From assembly GCA_964016885.1 (NCBI GenBank), contig OZ024744.1, positions 121,458,001 through 121,522,000 of the forward strand: DNA of 64,000 nucleotides. Direction: 5' to 3'. Each line of letters opens with the position of its first letter. The first letter of the stretch is position 1. The translations under genes and the position numbers were made by a program. This document shows positions 20,316 through 35,300 of this stretch, one piece after another. The stretch is from Eledone cirrhosa. Taxonomy: Eukaryota. The notes beneath the pieces were generated by a model. The model had not been told where the DNA came from and searched no databases. It was given only the letters and a program-made list of their open reading frames with translations.

Positions 20316-23300
20316 TATAGACATGTGATGTGTATGGATGAACTGAGAGAGAAACTAGGTATAAGAGGAATCAGATGTAGTGTGTAGGAGAGGAGACTGT
20401 GTTGGTATAGACATGTGATGTGTATGGATGAACTGAGAGAGAAACTAGGTATAAGAGGAATCAGATGTAGTGTGTAGGAGAGGAGACTGTGTTGGTATAG
20501 ACATGTGATGTGTATGGATGAAGTGAGAGAGAAACTAGGTATAAGAGGAATCAGATGTAGTGTGTAGGAGAGGAGACTGTGTTGGTATAGACATGTGATG
20601 TGAATGGATGAACTGAGAGAGAAACTAGGTATAAGAGGAATCAGATGAAGGAGAAGAGACTGTGTTGGGATAGACATGTGATGTGTATGGATGAACTGAG
20701 AGGGAAGCTAGGTATAAGAGGAATCAGATGTAGTGTGTAGGAGAGGAGACTGTGTTAGTATAGACATGTGATGTGTATGGATGAACTGAGAGAGAAACTA
20801 GTTATAAGAGTAATCAGATGTAGGAGAGGAGACTGTGTTGGTATAGACATGTGATGTGTATGGATGAACTGAGATAGAAACTAGGTTTAAGAGGAATCAG
20901 ATGTAGGCGAGGAGACTGTGTTGGGATAGACATGTGATGTGTATGGATGAACTGAGAGAGAAACTAGGTATAAGAGGAATCAGATGAAGGAGAAGAGACT
21001 GTGTTGGGATAGACATGTGATGTGTATGGATGAACTGAGAGAGAAACTAGTTATAAGAGGAATCAGATATAGTGTGTAGGAGAGGAGACTGTGTTGGTAT
21101 AGACATGTGATGTGTATGGATGAACTGAGAGAATAACCGGCTATAAGAGGAATCAGATGTAGTGTGTAGGAGAGGAGACTGTGTTGGTATAGACATGTGA
21201 TGTGTATGGATGAACTGAGAGAGAAACTGGGTATAAGAGGAATCAGATGTAGGAGAGGAGACTGTGTTGGTATAGACATGTAATGTGTATGGATGAACAG
21301 AGGGAGAAACTGGGTATAAGAGGAATCAGATGTAGTGTGTAGGAGAGGAGACTGTGTTGGTGTAGACATGTGATGTGTATGGATGGAGAGAGAAACTAGG
21401 TATAAGAGGAATGAGATGTAGTGTGTAGGAGAGGAGACTGTGTTGGTATAGACATGTGATGTGTATGGATGAACTGAGAGAGAAACTAGGTATAAGAGGA
21501 ATCAGACGTAGTGTGTAGGAGAGGAGACTGTGTTGGTATAGACATGTGATGTGTATGGATGAACTGAGAGAGAAACTAGTTATAAGAGGAATCAGATATA
21601 GTGTGTAGGAGAGGAGACTGTGTTGGTATAGACATGTGATGTGTATGGATGAACTGAGAGAGAAACTAGGTATAAGAGAAATCAGATGTAGTGTGTAGGA
21701 GAGGAGACTGTGTTGGTATAGACATGTGATGTGTATGGATGAACTGAGAGATAGACTAGGTATAAGAGGAATCAGACGTAGTGTGTAGGAGAGGAGACTG
21801 TGTTGGTATAGATATGTGATGTGTATGGATGAACTGAGAGAAAAACCGGCTATAAGAGGAATCAGATGTAGTGTGTAGGAGAGGAGACTGTGTTGGTATA
21901 GACATGTGATGTGTATGGATGAACTGAGAGAGGTACTGGGTATAAGAGGAATCAGATGTAGTGTGTAGGAGAGGAGACTGTGTTGGTGTAGACATGTAAT
22001 GTGTATGGATGAACTGAGGGAGAAACTGGGTATAAGAGGAATCAGATGTAGTGTGAAGGAGAAGAGACTGTGTTGGTATAGACATGTGATGTGTATGGAT
22101 GAACTGAGAGAGAAACTAGGTATAAGAGGAATCAGATGTAGTGTGTAGGAGAGGAGACTGTGTTGGTGTAGACATGTGATGTGTATGGATGAACTGAGAG
22201 AGAAACTAGGTATAAGAGGAATCAGATGTAGTGTGTAGGAGAGGAGAGTGTGGTGGTATATACATGTGATGTGTATGGATGAACAGAGAGGGAAACTCGG
22301 TATAAGAGGAATCAGATGTAGTGTGTAGGAGAGGAGAGAGTGTTGGTATAGACATGTGATGTGAATGGATGAACTGAGAGAGAAACTAGGTATAAGAGGA
22401 ATCAGATGAAGGAGAGGAGACTGTGTTGGTATAGACATGTGATGTGTATGGATGAACTGAGGGAGAAATTGGGAATAAAAGACATCAGATGTAATGTGTA
22501 GGAGAGGAGACTGTGTTGGTATAGACATTTTATGTCTATGGATGAACTGAGAGAGAACCTAGGTATGAGAGGAATCAGATGTAGGAGAGGAGACTGTGTT
22601 GGTATAGACATGTGATGTGTATGGATAAACTGAGAGAGAAACTAGGTATAAGAGGAATCAGATGTAGGAGAGGAGACTGTGTTGGTATAGACATGTGATG
22701 TGTATGGATGAACTGAGAGAGAAACTAGGTATGAGAGGAATCAGATGTAATTTGTAGGAGAGGAGACTGTGTTGGGATAGACATGTGATGAACTGAGAGA
22801 AAAACTAGGTATAAGAGGAATCAGACGTAGTGTGTAGGAGAGGAGACTGTCTTGCTATAGACATGTGACGTGTATGGATGAACTGAGAGAGAAACTAGGT
22901 ATAAGAGGAATCAGATGTAGTGTGTATGAGAGGAGACTGTGTTGGTATAGACATGTGATGTGTATGGATGAACTGAGAGAGAAACTAGGTATGAGAGGAA
23001 TCAGATGTAGTGTGTAGGAGAGGAGACTGTGTTGTTATAGATATGTGATGTGTATGGATGAACTGAGAGAAAAACCGGCTGTAAGGGGAATGAATCAGAT
23101 GTAGTGTGTAGGAGAGCAGACTGTGTTGGTATAGACATGGGATGTGTATGGATGAACTGAGAGAGAAACTAGGTATAAGAGGAATCAGATGTAGGAGAGG
23201 AGACTGTGTTGGTATAGACATGTAATGTGTATGGATGAACTGAGGGAGAAACTGGGTATAAGAGGAATCAGATGTAGTGTGTAGGAGAGGAGACTGTGTT

Positions 23301-26300
23301 GGTGTAGACATGTGATGTGTATGGCTGAACTGAGAGAGAAACTAGGTATAAGAGGAATGAGATGTAGTGTGTAGGAGAGGAGACTGTGTTGGTATAGACA
23401 TGTGATGTGTATGGATGAACTGAGAGGGAAGCTAGGTATAAGAGGAATCAGATGTAGTGTGTAGGAGAGGAGACTGTGTTGGTATAGACATGTGATGTGT
23501 ATGGATGAACTGAGAGAGAAACTGGGTATAAGAGGAATCAGATGTAGTGTGTAGGAGAGGAGACTGTGTTGGTGTAGACATGTAACGTGTATGGATGAAC
23601 TGAGGGAGAAACTGGGTATAAGAGGAATCAGATGTAATGTGTAGGAGAGGAGACTGTGTTGGTATAGACATTTGATGTGTATGCATGAACTTAGAGAGAA
23701 ACTAGGTATAAGAGGAATCAGATGTAGTGTGTAGGAGAGGAGACTGTGTTGGTGTAGACATGTGATGTGTATGGATGAACTGAGAGAGATACTAGGTATA
23801 AGAGGAATCAGATGTAGTGTGTAGGAGAGGAGACTGTGTTGGTGTAGACATGTGATGTGTATGGATGAACTGAGAGAGAAACTAGGTATAAGAGGAATCA
23901 GATGTAGTGTGTAGGTGAGGAGAGTGTGTTGGTATATACATGTGATGTGTATGGATGAACAGAGAGGGAAACTCGGTATAAGAGGAATCAGATGTAGTGT
24001 GTAGGAGAGGAGAGAGTGTTGGTATAGACATGTGATGTGAATGGATGAACTGAGAGAGAAACTAGGTATAAGAGGAATCAGATGAAGGAGAGGAGACTGT
24101 GTTGGTATAGACATGTGATGTGTATGGATGAACTGAGGGAGAAATTGGGCATAAAAGACATCAGATGTAATGTGTAGGAGAGGAGACTGTGTTGGTATAG
24201 ACATGTGATGTGTATGGATGAACTGAGAGAGAAATTGGGAATAAAAGGAATCAGATGAAGGAGAGGAGACTGTGTTGGTATAGACATGTGATGTGTATGG
24301 GTGAACTGAGAGAGAAACTAGGCATAAGAGGAATCAGATGTAGGAGAGGAGACTGTGTGGGTATAGACATGTGATGTGTATGGATGAAATGAGAGAGAAA
24401 CTAGGTATAAGAGGAATCAGATGTAGGAGAGGAGACTGTGTTGGTATAGACATGGGATGTGTATGGATGAACTGAGAGAGAAACTAGGTATAAGAGGAAT
24501 CAGATGTAGGAGAGGAGACTGTGTTGGTATAGACATGTGATGTGTATGGATGAACTGAGAGAGAAACTAGGTATAAGAGGAATCAGATGAAGGAGAGGAG
24601 ACTGTGTTGGTATAGACATGTGATGTGTATGGATGAACTGAGAGAGAAACTCGGTATAAGAGGAATCAGATGTAATATGTAGGAGAGGAGACTGTGTTGG
24701 TATAGACATGTGATGTGTATGCATGAACTTAGAGAGAAAATAGGTATAAGAGGAATCAGATGTAGTGTGTAGGAGAGGAGACTGTGTTGATGTAGATATT
24801 TGATGTGTATGGATGAACTGAGAGAGATACTAGGTATAAGAGGAATCAGATGAAGGAGAGGAGACTGTGTTGGTATAGACATGTGATGTGTATGGATGAA
24901 CTGAGGGAGAAATTGGGAATAAAAGGAATCAGATGAAGGAGAGGAGACTGTGTTGGTATAGACATGTGATGTGTATGGATGAACTGAGAGAGAAACTAGG
25001 TATAAGAGGAATCAGATGTAGGAGAGGAGACTGTGTTGGTATAGACATGGGATGTGTATGGATGAACTGAGAGAGAAACTAGGTATAAGAGGAATCAGAT
25101 GTAGGAGAGGAGACTGTGTTGGTATAGACATGTGATGTGTATGGATGAACTGAGAGAGGTACTGGGTATAAGAGGAATCAGATGTAGTGTGTAGGATAGG
25201 AGACTGTGTTGGTGTAGACATGTAATGTGTATGGATGAACTGAGGGAGAAACTGGGTATAAGAGGAATCAGATGTAGTGTGAAGGAGAAGAGACTGTGTT
25301 GGTATAGACATGTGATGTGTATGGATGAACTGAGAGAGAAACTAGGTATAAGAGGAATCAGATGTAGTGTGTAGGAGAGGAGACTGTGTTGGTGTAGACA
25401 TGTGATGTGTATGGATGAACTGAGAGAGAAACTAGGTATAAGAGGAATCAGATGTAGTGTGTAGGAGAGGAGAGTGTGGTGGTATATACATGTGATGTGT
25501 ATGGATGAACAGAGAGGGAAACTCGGTATAAGAGGAATCAGATGTAGTGTGTAGGAGAGGAGAGAGTGTTGGTATAGACATGTGATGTGAATGGATGAAC
25601 TGAGAGAGAAACTAGGTATAAGAGGAATCAGATGAAGGAGAGGAGACTGTGTTGGTATAGACATGTGATGTGTATGGATGAACTGAGGGAGAAATTGGGA
25701 ATAAAAGACATCAGATGTAATGTGTAGGAGAGGAGACTGTGTTGGTATAGACATTTTATGTCTATGGATGAACTGAGAGAGAACCTAGGTATAAGAGGAA
25801 TCAGATGTAGGAGAGGAGACTGTGTTGGTATAGACATGTGATGTGTATGGATAAACTGAGAGAGAAACTAGGTATAAGAGGAATCAGATGTAGGAGAGGA
25901 GACTGTGTTGGTATAGACATGTGATGTGTATGGATGAACTGAGAGAGAAACTAGGTATGAGAGGAATCAGATGTAGTTTGTAGGAGAGGAGACTGTGTTG
26001 GGATAGACATGTGATGAACTGAGAGAAAAACTAGGTATAAGAGGAATCAGACGTAGTGTGTAGGAGAGGAGACTGTCTTGCTATAGACATGTGACGTGTA
26101 TGGATGAACTGAGAGAGAAACTAGGTATAAGAGGAATCAGATGTAGTGTGTATGAGAGGAGACTGTGTTGGTATAGACATGTGATGTGTATGGATGAACT
26201 GAGAGAGAAACTAGGTATGAGAGGAATCAGATGTAGTGTGTAGGAGAGGAGACTGTGTTGTTATAGATATGTGATGTGTATGGATGAACTGAGAGAAAAA

Positions 26301-29300
26301 CCGGCTGTAAGAGGAATGAATCAGATGTAGTGTGTAGGAGAGCAGACTGTGTTGGTATAGACATGTGATGTGTATGGATGAACTGAGAGAGAAACTGGGT
26401 ATAAGAGGAATCAGATGTAGGAGAGGAGACTGTGTTGGTATAGACATGTAATGTGTATGGATGAACTGAGGGAGAAACTGGGTATAAGAGGAATCAGATG
26501 TAGTGTGTAGGAGAGGAGACTCTGTTGGTGTAGACATCTGATGTGTATGGATAAACTGAGAGAGAAACTAGGTATAAGAGGAATCAGATGTAGGAGAGGA
26601 GACTGTGTTGGTATAGACATGTGATGTGTATGGATAAACTGAGAGAGAAACTAGTTATAAGAGGAATCAGATGTAGGAGAGGAGACTGTGTTGGTATAGA
26701 CATGTGATGTGTATGGATGAACTGAGAGAGAAACTAGGTATGAGAGGAATCAGATGTAGTTTGTAGGAGAGGAGACTGTGTTGGGATAGACATGTGATGA
26801 ACTGAGAGAAAAACTAGGTATAAGAGGAATCAGACGTAGTGTGTAGGAGAGGAGACTGTCTTGCTATAGACATGTGACGTGTATGGATGAACTGAGAGAG
26901 AAACTAGGTATAAGAGGAATCAGATGTAGTGTGTATGAGAGGAGACTGTGTTGGTATAGACATGTGATGTGTATGGATGAACTGAGAGAGAAACTAGGTA
27001 TGAGAGGAATCAGATGTAGTGTGTAGGAGAGGAGACTGTGTTGTTATAGATATGTGATGTGTATGGATGAACTGAGAGAAAAACCGGCTGTAAGAGGAAT
27101 GAATCAGATGTAGTGTGTAGGAGAGCAGACTGTGTTGGTATAGACATGTGATGTGTATGGATGAACTGAGAGAGAAACTGGGTATAAGAGGAATCAGATG
27201 TAGGAGAGGAGACTGTGTTGGTATAGACATGTAATGTGTATGGATGAACTGAGGGAGAAACTGGGTATAAGAGGAATCAGATGTAGTGTGTAGGAGAGGA
27301 GACTGTGTTGGTGTAGACATGTGATGTGTATGGCTGAACTGAGAGAGAAACTAGGTATAAGAGGAATGAGATGTAGTGTGTAGGAGAGGAGACTGTGTTG
27401 GTATAGACATGTGATGTGTATTGATGAACTGAGAGAGAAACTAGGCATAAGAGGAATCAGATGTAGGAGAGGAGACTGTGTTGGTATAGACGTGTGATGT
27501 GTATGGATGAACTGAGATAGAAACTAGGTATAAGAGGAATCAGATGTAGGAGAGGAGACTGTGTTGGTATAGACATGTGATGTGTATGGATGAACTGAGA
27601 GAGAAACTAGGTATAAGAGGAATCAGATGTAGTGTGTAGGAGAGGAGACTGTGTTGGTATAGACATGTGATGTGTATGGATGAACTGAGAGAGAAACTCG
27701 GTATAAGAGGAATCAGATGTAGTGTGTAGGAGAGGAGACTGTGTTGGTATAGACATGGGATGTGTATGGATGAACTGAGAGATAAACTAGGTATAAGAGG
27801 AATCCGACGTAGTGTGTAGGAGAGGAGACTGTGTTGGTATAGATATGTGATGTGTATGGATGAACTGAGAGAAAAACCGGCTATAAGAGGAATCAGATGT
27901 AGTGTGTAGGAGAGGAGACTGTGTTGGTATAGACATGTGATGTTTATGGATGAACTGAGAGAGAAACTGGGTATAAGAGGAATCAGATGTAGTGTGTAGG
28001 AGAGGAGACTGTGTTGGTGTAGACATGTAACGTGTATGGATGAACTGAGGGAGAAACTGGGTATAAGAGGAATCAGATGTAATGTGTAGGAGAGGAGACT
28101 GTGTTGGTATAGACATTTGATGTGTATGCATGAACTTAGAGAGAAACTAGGTATAAGAGGAATCAGATGTAGTGTGTAGGAGAGGAGACTGTGTTGGTGT
28201 AGACATGTGATGTGTATGGATGAACTGAGAGAGATACTAGGTATAAGAGGAATCAGATGTAGTGTGTAGGAGAGGAGACTGTGTTGGTGTAGACATGTGA
28301 TGTGTATGGATGAACTGAGAGAGAAACTAGGTATAAGAGGAATCAGATGTAGTGTGTAGGAGAGGAGAGTGTGTTGGTATATACATGTGATGTGTATGGA
28401 TGAACAGAGAGGGAAACTCGGTATAAGAGGAATCAGATGTAGTGTGTAGGAGAGGAGAGAGTGTTGGTATAGACATGTGATGTGAATGGATGAACTGAGA
28501 GAGAAACTAGGTATAAGAGGAATCACATGAAGGAGAGGAGACTGTGTTGGTATAGACATGTGATGTGTATGGATGAACCGAGGGAGAAATTGGGAATAAA
28601 AGACATCAGATGTAATGTGTAGGAGAGGAGACTGTGTTGGTATAGACATGTGATGTGTATGGATGAACTGAGAGAGAAATTGGGAATAAAAGGAATCAGA
28701 TGAAGGAGAGGAGACTGTGTTGGTATAGACATGTGATGTGTATGGATGAACTGAGAGAGAAACTAGGCATAAGAGGAATCAGATGTAGGAGAGGAGACTG
28801 TGTTGGTATAGACATGGGATGTGTATGGATGAACTGAGAGAGAAACTAGGTATAAGAGGAATCAGATGTAGGAGAGGAGACTGTGTTGGTATAGACATGT
28901 GATGTGTATGGATGAACTGAGAGAGAAACTAGGTATAAGAGGAATCAGATGAAGGAGAGGAGACTGTGTTGGTATAGACATGTGATGTGTATGGATGAAC
29001 TGAGAGAGAAACTCGGTATAAGAGGAATCAGATGTAATATGTAGGAGAGGAGACTGTGTTGGTATAGACATGTGATGTGTATGCATGAACTTAGAGAGAA
29101 AATAGGTATAAGAGGAATCAGATGTAGTGTGTAGGAGAGGAGACTGTGTTGGTGTAGACATGTGATGTGTATGGATGAACTGAGAGAGATACTAGGTATA
29201 AGAGGAATCAGATGTAGTGTGTAGGAGAGGAGACTGTGTTGGTGTAGACATGTGATGTGTATGGATGAACTGAGAGAGAAACTAGGTATAAGAGGAATCA

Positions 29301-32300
29301 GATGTAGTGTGTAGGAGAGGAGAGTGTGTTGGTATATACATGTGATGTGTATGGATGAACAGAGAGGGAAACTCGGTATAAGAGGAATCAGATGTAGTGT
29401 GTAGGAGAGGAGAGAGTGTTGGTATAGACATGTGATGTGAATGGATGAACTGAGAGAGAAACTAGGTATAAGAGGAATCAGATGAAGGAGAGGAGACTGT
29501 GTTGGTATAGACATGTGATATGTATGGATGAACTGAGGGAGAAATTGGGAATAAAAGACATCAGATGTAATGTGTAGGAGAGGACACTGTGTTGGTATAG
29601 ACATGTGATGTGTATGGATGAACTGAGAGAGAAATTGGGAATAAAAGGAATCAGATGAAGGAGAGGAGACTGTGTTGGTATAGACATGTGATGTGTATGG
29701 ATGAACTGAGAGAGAAACTAGGTATAAGAGGAATCAGATGTAGGAGAGGAGACTGTGTTGGTATAGACATGGGATGTGTATGGATGAACTGAGAGAGAAA
29801 CTAGGTATAAGAGGAATCAGATGTAGGAGAGGAGACTGTGTTGGTATAGACATGTGATGTGTATGGATGAACTGAGAGAGGTACTGGGTATAAGAGGAAT
29901 CAGATGTAGTGTGTAGGAGAGGAGACTGTGTTGGTGTAGACATGTAATGTGTATGGATGAACTGAGGGAGAAACTGGGTATAAGAGGAATCAGATGTAGT
30001 GTGAAGGAGAAGAGACTGTGTTGGTATAGACATGTGATGTGTATGGATGAACTGAGAGAGAAACTAGGTATAAGAGGAATAAGATGTAGTGTGTAGGAGA
30101 GGAGACTGTGTTGGTGTAGACATGTGATGTGTATGGATGAACTGAGAGAGAAACTAGGTATAAGAGGAATCAGATGTAGTGTGTAGGAGAGGAGAGTGTG
30201 GTGGTATATACATGTGATGTGTATGGATGAACAGAGAGGGAAACTCGGTATAAGAGGAATCAGATGTAGTGTGTAGGAGAGGAGAGAGTGTTGGTATAGA
30301 CATGTGATGTGTATGGATGAACTGAGGGAGAAATTGGGAATAAAAGACATCAGATGTAATGTGTAGGAGAGGAGACTGTGTTGGTATAGACATTTTATGT
30401 CTATGGATGAACTGAGAGAGAACCTAGGTATAAGAGGAATCAGATGTAGGAGAGGAGACTGTGTTGGTATAGACATGTGATGTGTATGGATGAACTGAGG
30501 GAGAAATTGGGCATAAAAGACATCAGATGTAATGTGTAGGAGAGGAGACTGTGTTGGTATAGACATGTGATGTGTATGGATGAACTGAGAGAGAAATTGG
30601 GAATAAAAGGAATCAGATGAAGGAGAGGAGACTGTGTTGGTATAGACATGTGATGTGTATGGGTGAACTGAGAGAGAAACTAGGCATAAGAGGAATCAGA
30701 TGTAGGAGAGGAGACTGTGTGGGTATAGACATGTGATGTGTATGGATGAAATGAGAGAGAAACTAGGTATAAGAGGAATCAGATGTAGGAGAGGAGACTG
30801 TGTTGGTATAGACATGGGATGTGTATGGATGAACTGAGAGAGAAACTAGGTATAAGAGGAATCAGATGTAGGAGAGGAGACTGTGTTGGTATAGACATGT
30901 GATGTGTATGGATGAACTGAGAGAGAAACTAGGTATAAGAGGAATCAGATGAAGGAGAGGAGACTGTGTTGGTATAGACATGTGATGTGTATGGATGAAC
31001 TGAGAGAGAAACTCGGTATAAGAGGAATCAGATGTAATATGTAGGAGAGGAGACTGTGTTGGTATAGACATGTGATGTGTATGCATGAACTTAGAGAGAA
31101 AATAGGTATAAGAGGAATCAGATGTAGTGTGTAGGAGAGGAGACTGTGTTGATGTAGATATTTGATGTGTATGGATGAACTGAGAGAGATACTAGGTATA
31201 AGAGGAATCAGATGAAGGAGAGGAGACTGTGTTGGTATAGACATGTGATGTGTATGGATGAACTGAGGGAGAAATTGGGAATAAAAGGAATCAGATGAAG
31301 GAGAGGAGACTGTGTTGGTATAGACATGTGATGTGTATGGATGAACTGAGAGAGAAACTAGGTATAAGAGGAATCAGATGTAGGAGAGGAGACTGTGTTG
31401 GTATAGACATGGGATGTGTATGGATGAACTGAGAGAGAAACTAGGTATAAGAGGAATCAGATGTAGGAGAGGAGACTGTGTTGGTATAGACATGTGATGT
31501 GTATGGATGAACTGAGAGAGGTACTGGGTATAAGAGGAATCAGATGTAGTGTGTAGGATAGGAGACTGTGTTGGTGTAGACATGTAATGTGTATGGATGA
31601 ACTGAGGGAGAAACTGGGTATAAGAGGAATCAGATGTAGTGTGAAGGAGAAGAGACTGTGTTGGTATAGACATGTGATGTGTATGGATGAACTGAGAGAG
31701 AAACTAGGTATAAGAGGAATCAGATGTAGTGTGTAGGAGAGGAGACTGTGTTGGTGTAGACATGTGATGTGTATGGATGAACTGAGAGAGAAACTAGGTA
31801 TAAGAGGAATCAGATGTAGTGTGTAGGAGAGGAGAGTGTGGTGGTATATACATGTGATGTGTATGGATGAACAGAGAGGGAAACTCGGTATAAGAGGAAT
31901 CAGATGTAGTGTGTAGGAGAGGAGAGAGTGTTGGTATAGACATGTGATGTGAATGGATGAACTGAGAGAGAAACTAGGTATAAGAGGAATCAGATGAAGG
32001 AGAGGAGACTGTGTTGGTATAGACATGTGATGTGTATGGATGAACTGAGGGAGAAATTGGGAATAAAAGACATCAGATGTAATGTGTAGGAGAGGAGACT
32101 GTGTTGGTATAGACATTTTATGTCTATGGATGAACTGAGAGAGAACCTAGGTATAAGAGGAATCAGATGTAGGAGAGGAGACTGTGTTGGTATAGACATG
32201 TGATGTGTATGGATAAACTGAGAGAGAAACTAGGTATAAGAGGAATCAGATGTAGGAGAGGAGACTGTGTTGGTATAGACATGTGATGTGTATGGATGAA

Positions 32301-35300
32301 CTGAGAGAGAAACTAGGTATGAGAGGAATCAGATGTAGTTTGTAGGAGAGGAGACTGTGTTGGGATAGACATGTGATGAACTGAGAGAAAAACTAGGTAT
32401 AAGAGGAATCAGACGTAGTGTGTAGGAGAGGAGACTGTCTTGCTATAGACATGTGACGTGTATGGATGAACTGAGAGAGAAACTAGGTATAAGAGGAATC
32501 AGATGTAGTGTGTATGAGAGGAGACTGTGTTGGTATAGACATGTGATGTGTATGGATGAACTGAGAGAGAAACTAGGTATGAGAGGAATCAGATGTAGTG
32601 TGTAGGAGAGGAGACTGTGTTGTTATAGATATGTGATGTGTATGGATGAACTGAGAGAAAAACCGGCTGTAAGAGGAATGAATCAGATGTAGTGTGTAGG
32701 AGAGCAGACTGTGTTGGTATAGACATGTGATGTGTATGGATGAACTGAGAGAGAAACTGGGTATAAGAGGAATCAGATGTAGGAGAGGAGACTGTGTTGG
32801 TATAGACATGTAATGTGTATGGATGAACTGAGGGAGAAACTGGGTATAAGAGGAATCAGATGTAGTGTGTAGGAGAGGAGACTCTGTTGGTGTAGACATC
32901 TGATGTGTATGGATAAACTGAGAGAGAAACTAGGTATAAGAGGAATCAGATGTAGGAGAGGAGACTGTGTTGGTATAGACATGTGATGTGTATGGATAAA
33001 CTGAGAGAGAAACTAGTTATAAGAGGAATCAGATGTAGGAGAGGAGACTGTGTTGGTATAGACATGTGATGTGTATGGATGAACTGAGAGAGAAACTAGG
33101 TATGAGAGGAATCAGATGTAGTTTGTAGGAGAGGAGACTGTGTTGGGATAGACATGTGATGAACTGAGAGAAAAACTAGGTATAAGAGGAATCAGACGTA
33201 GTGTGTAGGAGAGGAGACTGTCTTGCTATAGACATGTGACGTGTATGGATGAACTGAGAGAGAAACTAGGTATAAGAGGAATCAGATGTAGTGTGTATGA
33301 GAGGAGACTGTGTTGGTATAGACATGTGATGTGTATGGATGAACTGAGAGAGAAACTAGGTATGAGAGGAATCAGATGTAGTGTGTAGGAGAGGAGACTG
33401 TGTTGTTATAGATATGTGATGTGTATGGATGAACTGAGAGAAAAACCGGCTGTAAGAGGAATGAATCAGATGTAGTGTGTAGGAGAGCAGACTGTGTTGG
33501 TATAGACATGTGATGTGTATGGATGAACTGAGAGAGAAACTGGGTATAAGAGGAATCAGATGTAGGAGAGGAGACTGTGTTGGTATAGACATGTAATGTG
33601 TATGGATGAACTGAGGGAGAAACTGGGTATAAGAGGAATCAGATGTAGTGTGTAGGAGAGGAGACTGTGTTGGTGTAGACATGTGATGTGTATGGCTGAA
33701 CTGAGAGAGAAACTAGGTATAAGAGGAATGAGATGTAGTGTGTAGGAGAGGAGACTGTGTTGGTATAGACATGTGATGTGTATTGATGAACTGAGAGAGA
33801 AACTAGGCATAAGAGGAATCAGATGTAGGAGAGGAGACTGTGTTGGTATAGACGTGTGATGTGTATGGATGAACTGAGATAGAAACTAGGTATAAGAGGA
33901 ATCAGATGTAGGAGAGGAGACTGTGTTGGTATAGACATGTGATGTGTATGGATGAACTGAGAGAGAAACTAGGTATAAGAGGAATCAGATGTAGTGTGTA
34001 GGAGAGGAGACTGTGTTGGTATAGACATGTGATGTGTATGGATGAACTGAGAGAGAAACTCGGTATAAGAGGAATCAGATGTAGTGTGTAGGAGAGGAGA
34101 CTGTGTTGGTATAGACATGGGATGTGTATGGATGAACTGAGAGATAAACTAGGTATAAGAGGAATCCGACGTAGTGTGTAGGAGAGGAGACTGTGTTGGT
34201 ATAGATATGTGATGTGTATGGATGAACTGAGAGAAAAACCGGCTATAAGAGGAATCAGATGTAGTGTGTAGGAGAGGAGACTGTGTTGGTATAGACATGT
34301 GATGTTTATGGATGAACTGAGAGAGAAACTGGGTATAAGAGGAATCAGATGTAGTGTGTAGGAGAGGAGACTGTGTTGGTGTAGACATGTAACGTGTATG
34401 GATGAACTGAGGGAGAAACTGGGTATAAGAGGAATCAGATGTAATGTGTAGGAGAGGAGACTGTGTTGGTATAGACATTTGATGTGTATGCATGAACTTA
34501 GAGAGAAACTAGGTATAAGAGGAATCAGATGTAGTGTGTAGGAGAGGAGACTGTGTTGGTGTAGACATGTGATGTGTATGGATGAACTGAGAGAGATACT
34601 AGGTATAAGAGGAATCAGATGTAGTGTGTAGGAGAGGAGACTGTGTTGGTGTAGACATGTGATGTGTATGGATGAACTGAGAGAGAAACTAGGTATAAGA
34701 GGAATCAGATGTAGTGTGTAGGAGAGGAGAGTGTGTTGGTATATACATGTGATGTGTATGGATGAACAGAGAGGGAAACTCGGTATAAGAGGAATCAGAT
34801 GTAGTGTGTAGGAGAGGAGAGAGTGTTGGTATAGACATGTGATGTGAATGGATGAACTGAGAGAGAAACTAGGTATAAGAGGAATCACATGAAGGAGAGG
34901 AGACTGTGTTGGTATAGACATGTGATGTGTATGGATGAACCGAGGGAGAAATTGGGAATAAAAGACATCAGATGTAATGTGTAGGAGAGGAGACTGTGTT
35001 GGTATAGACATGTGATGTGTATGGATGAACTGAGAGAGAAATTGGGAATAAAAGGAATCAGATGAAGGAGAGGAGACTGTGTTGGTATAGACATGTGATG
35101 TGTATGGATGAACTGAGAGAGAAACTAGGCATAAGAGGAATCAGATGTAGGAGAGGAGACTGTGTTGGTATAGACATGGGATGTGTATGGATGAACTGAG
35201 AGAGAAACTAGGTATAAGAGGAATCAGATGTAGGAGAGGAGACTGTGTTGGTATAGACATGTGATGTGTATGGATGAACTGAGAGAGAAACTAGGTATAA

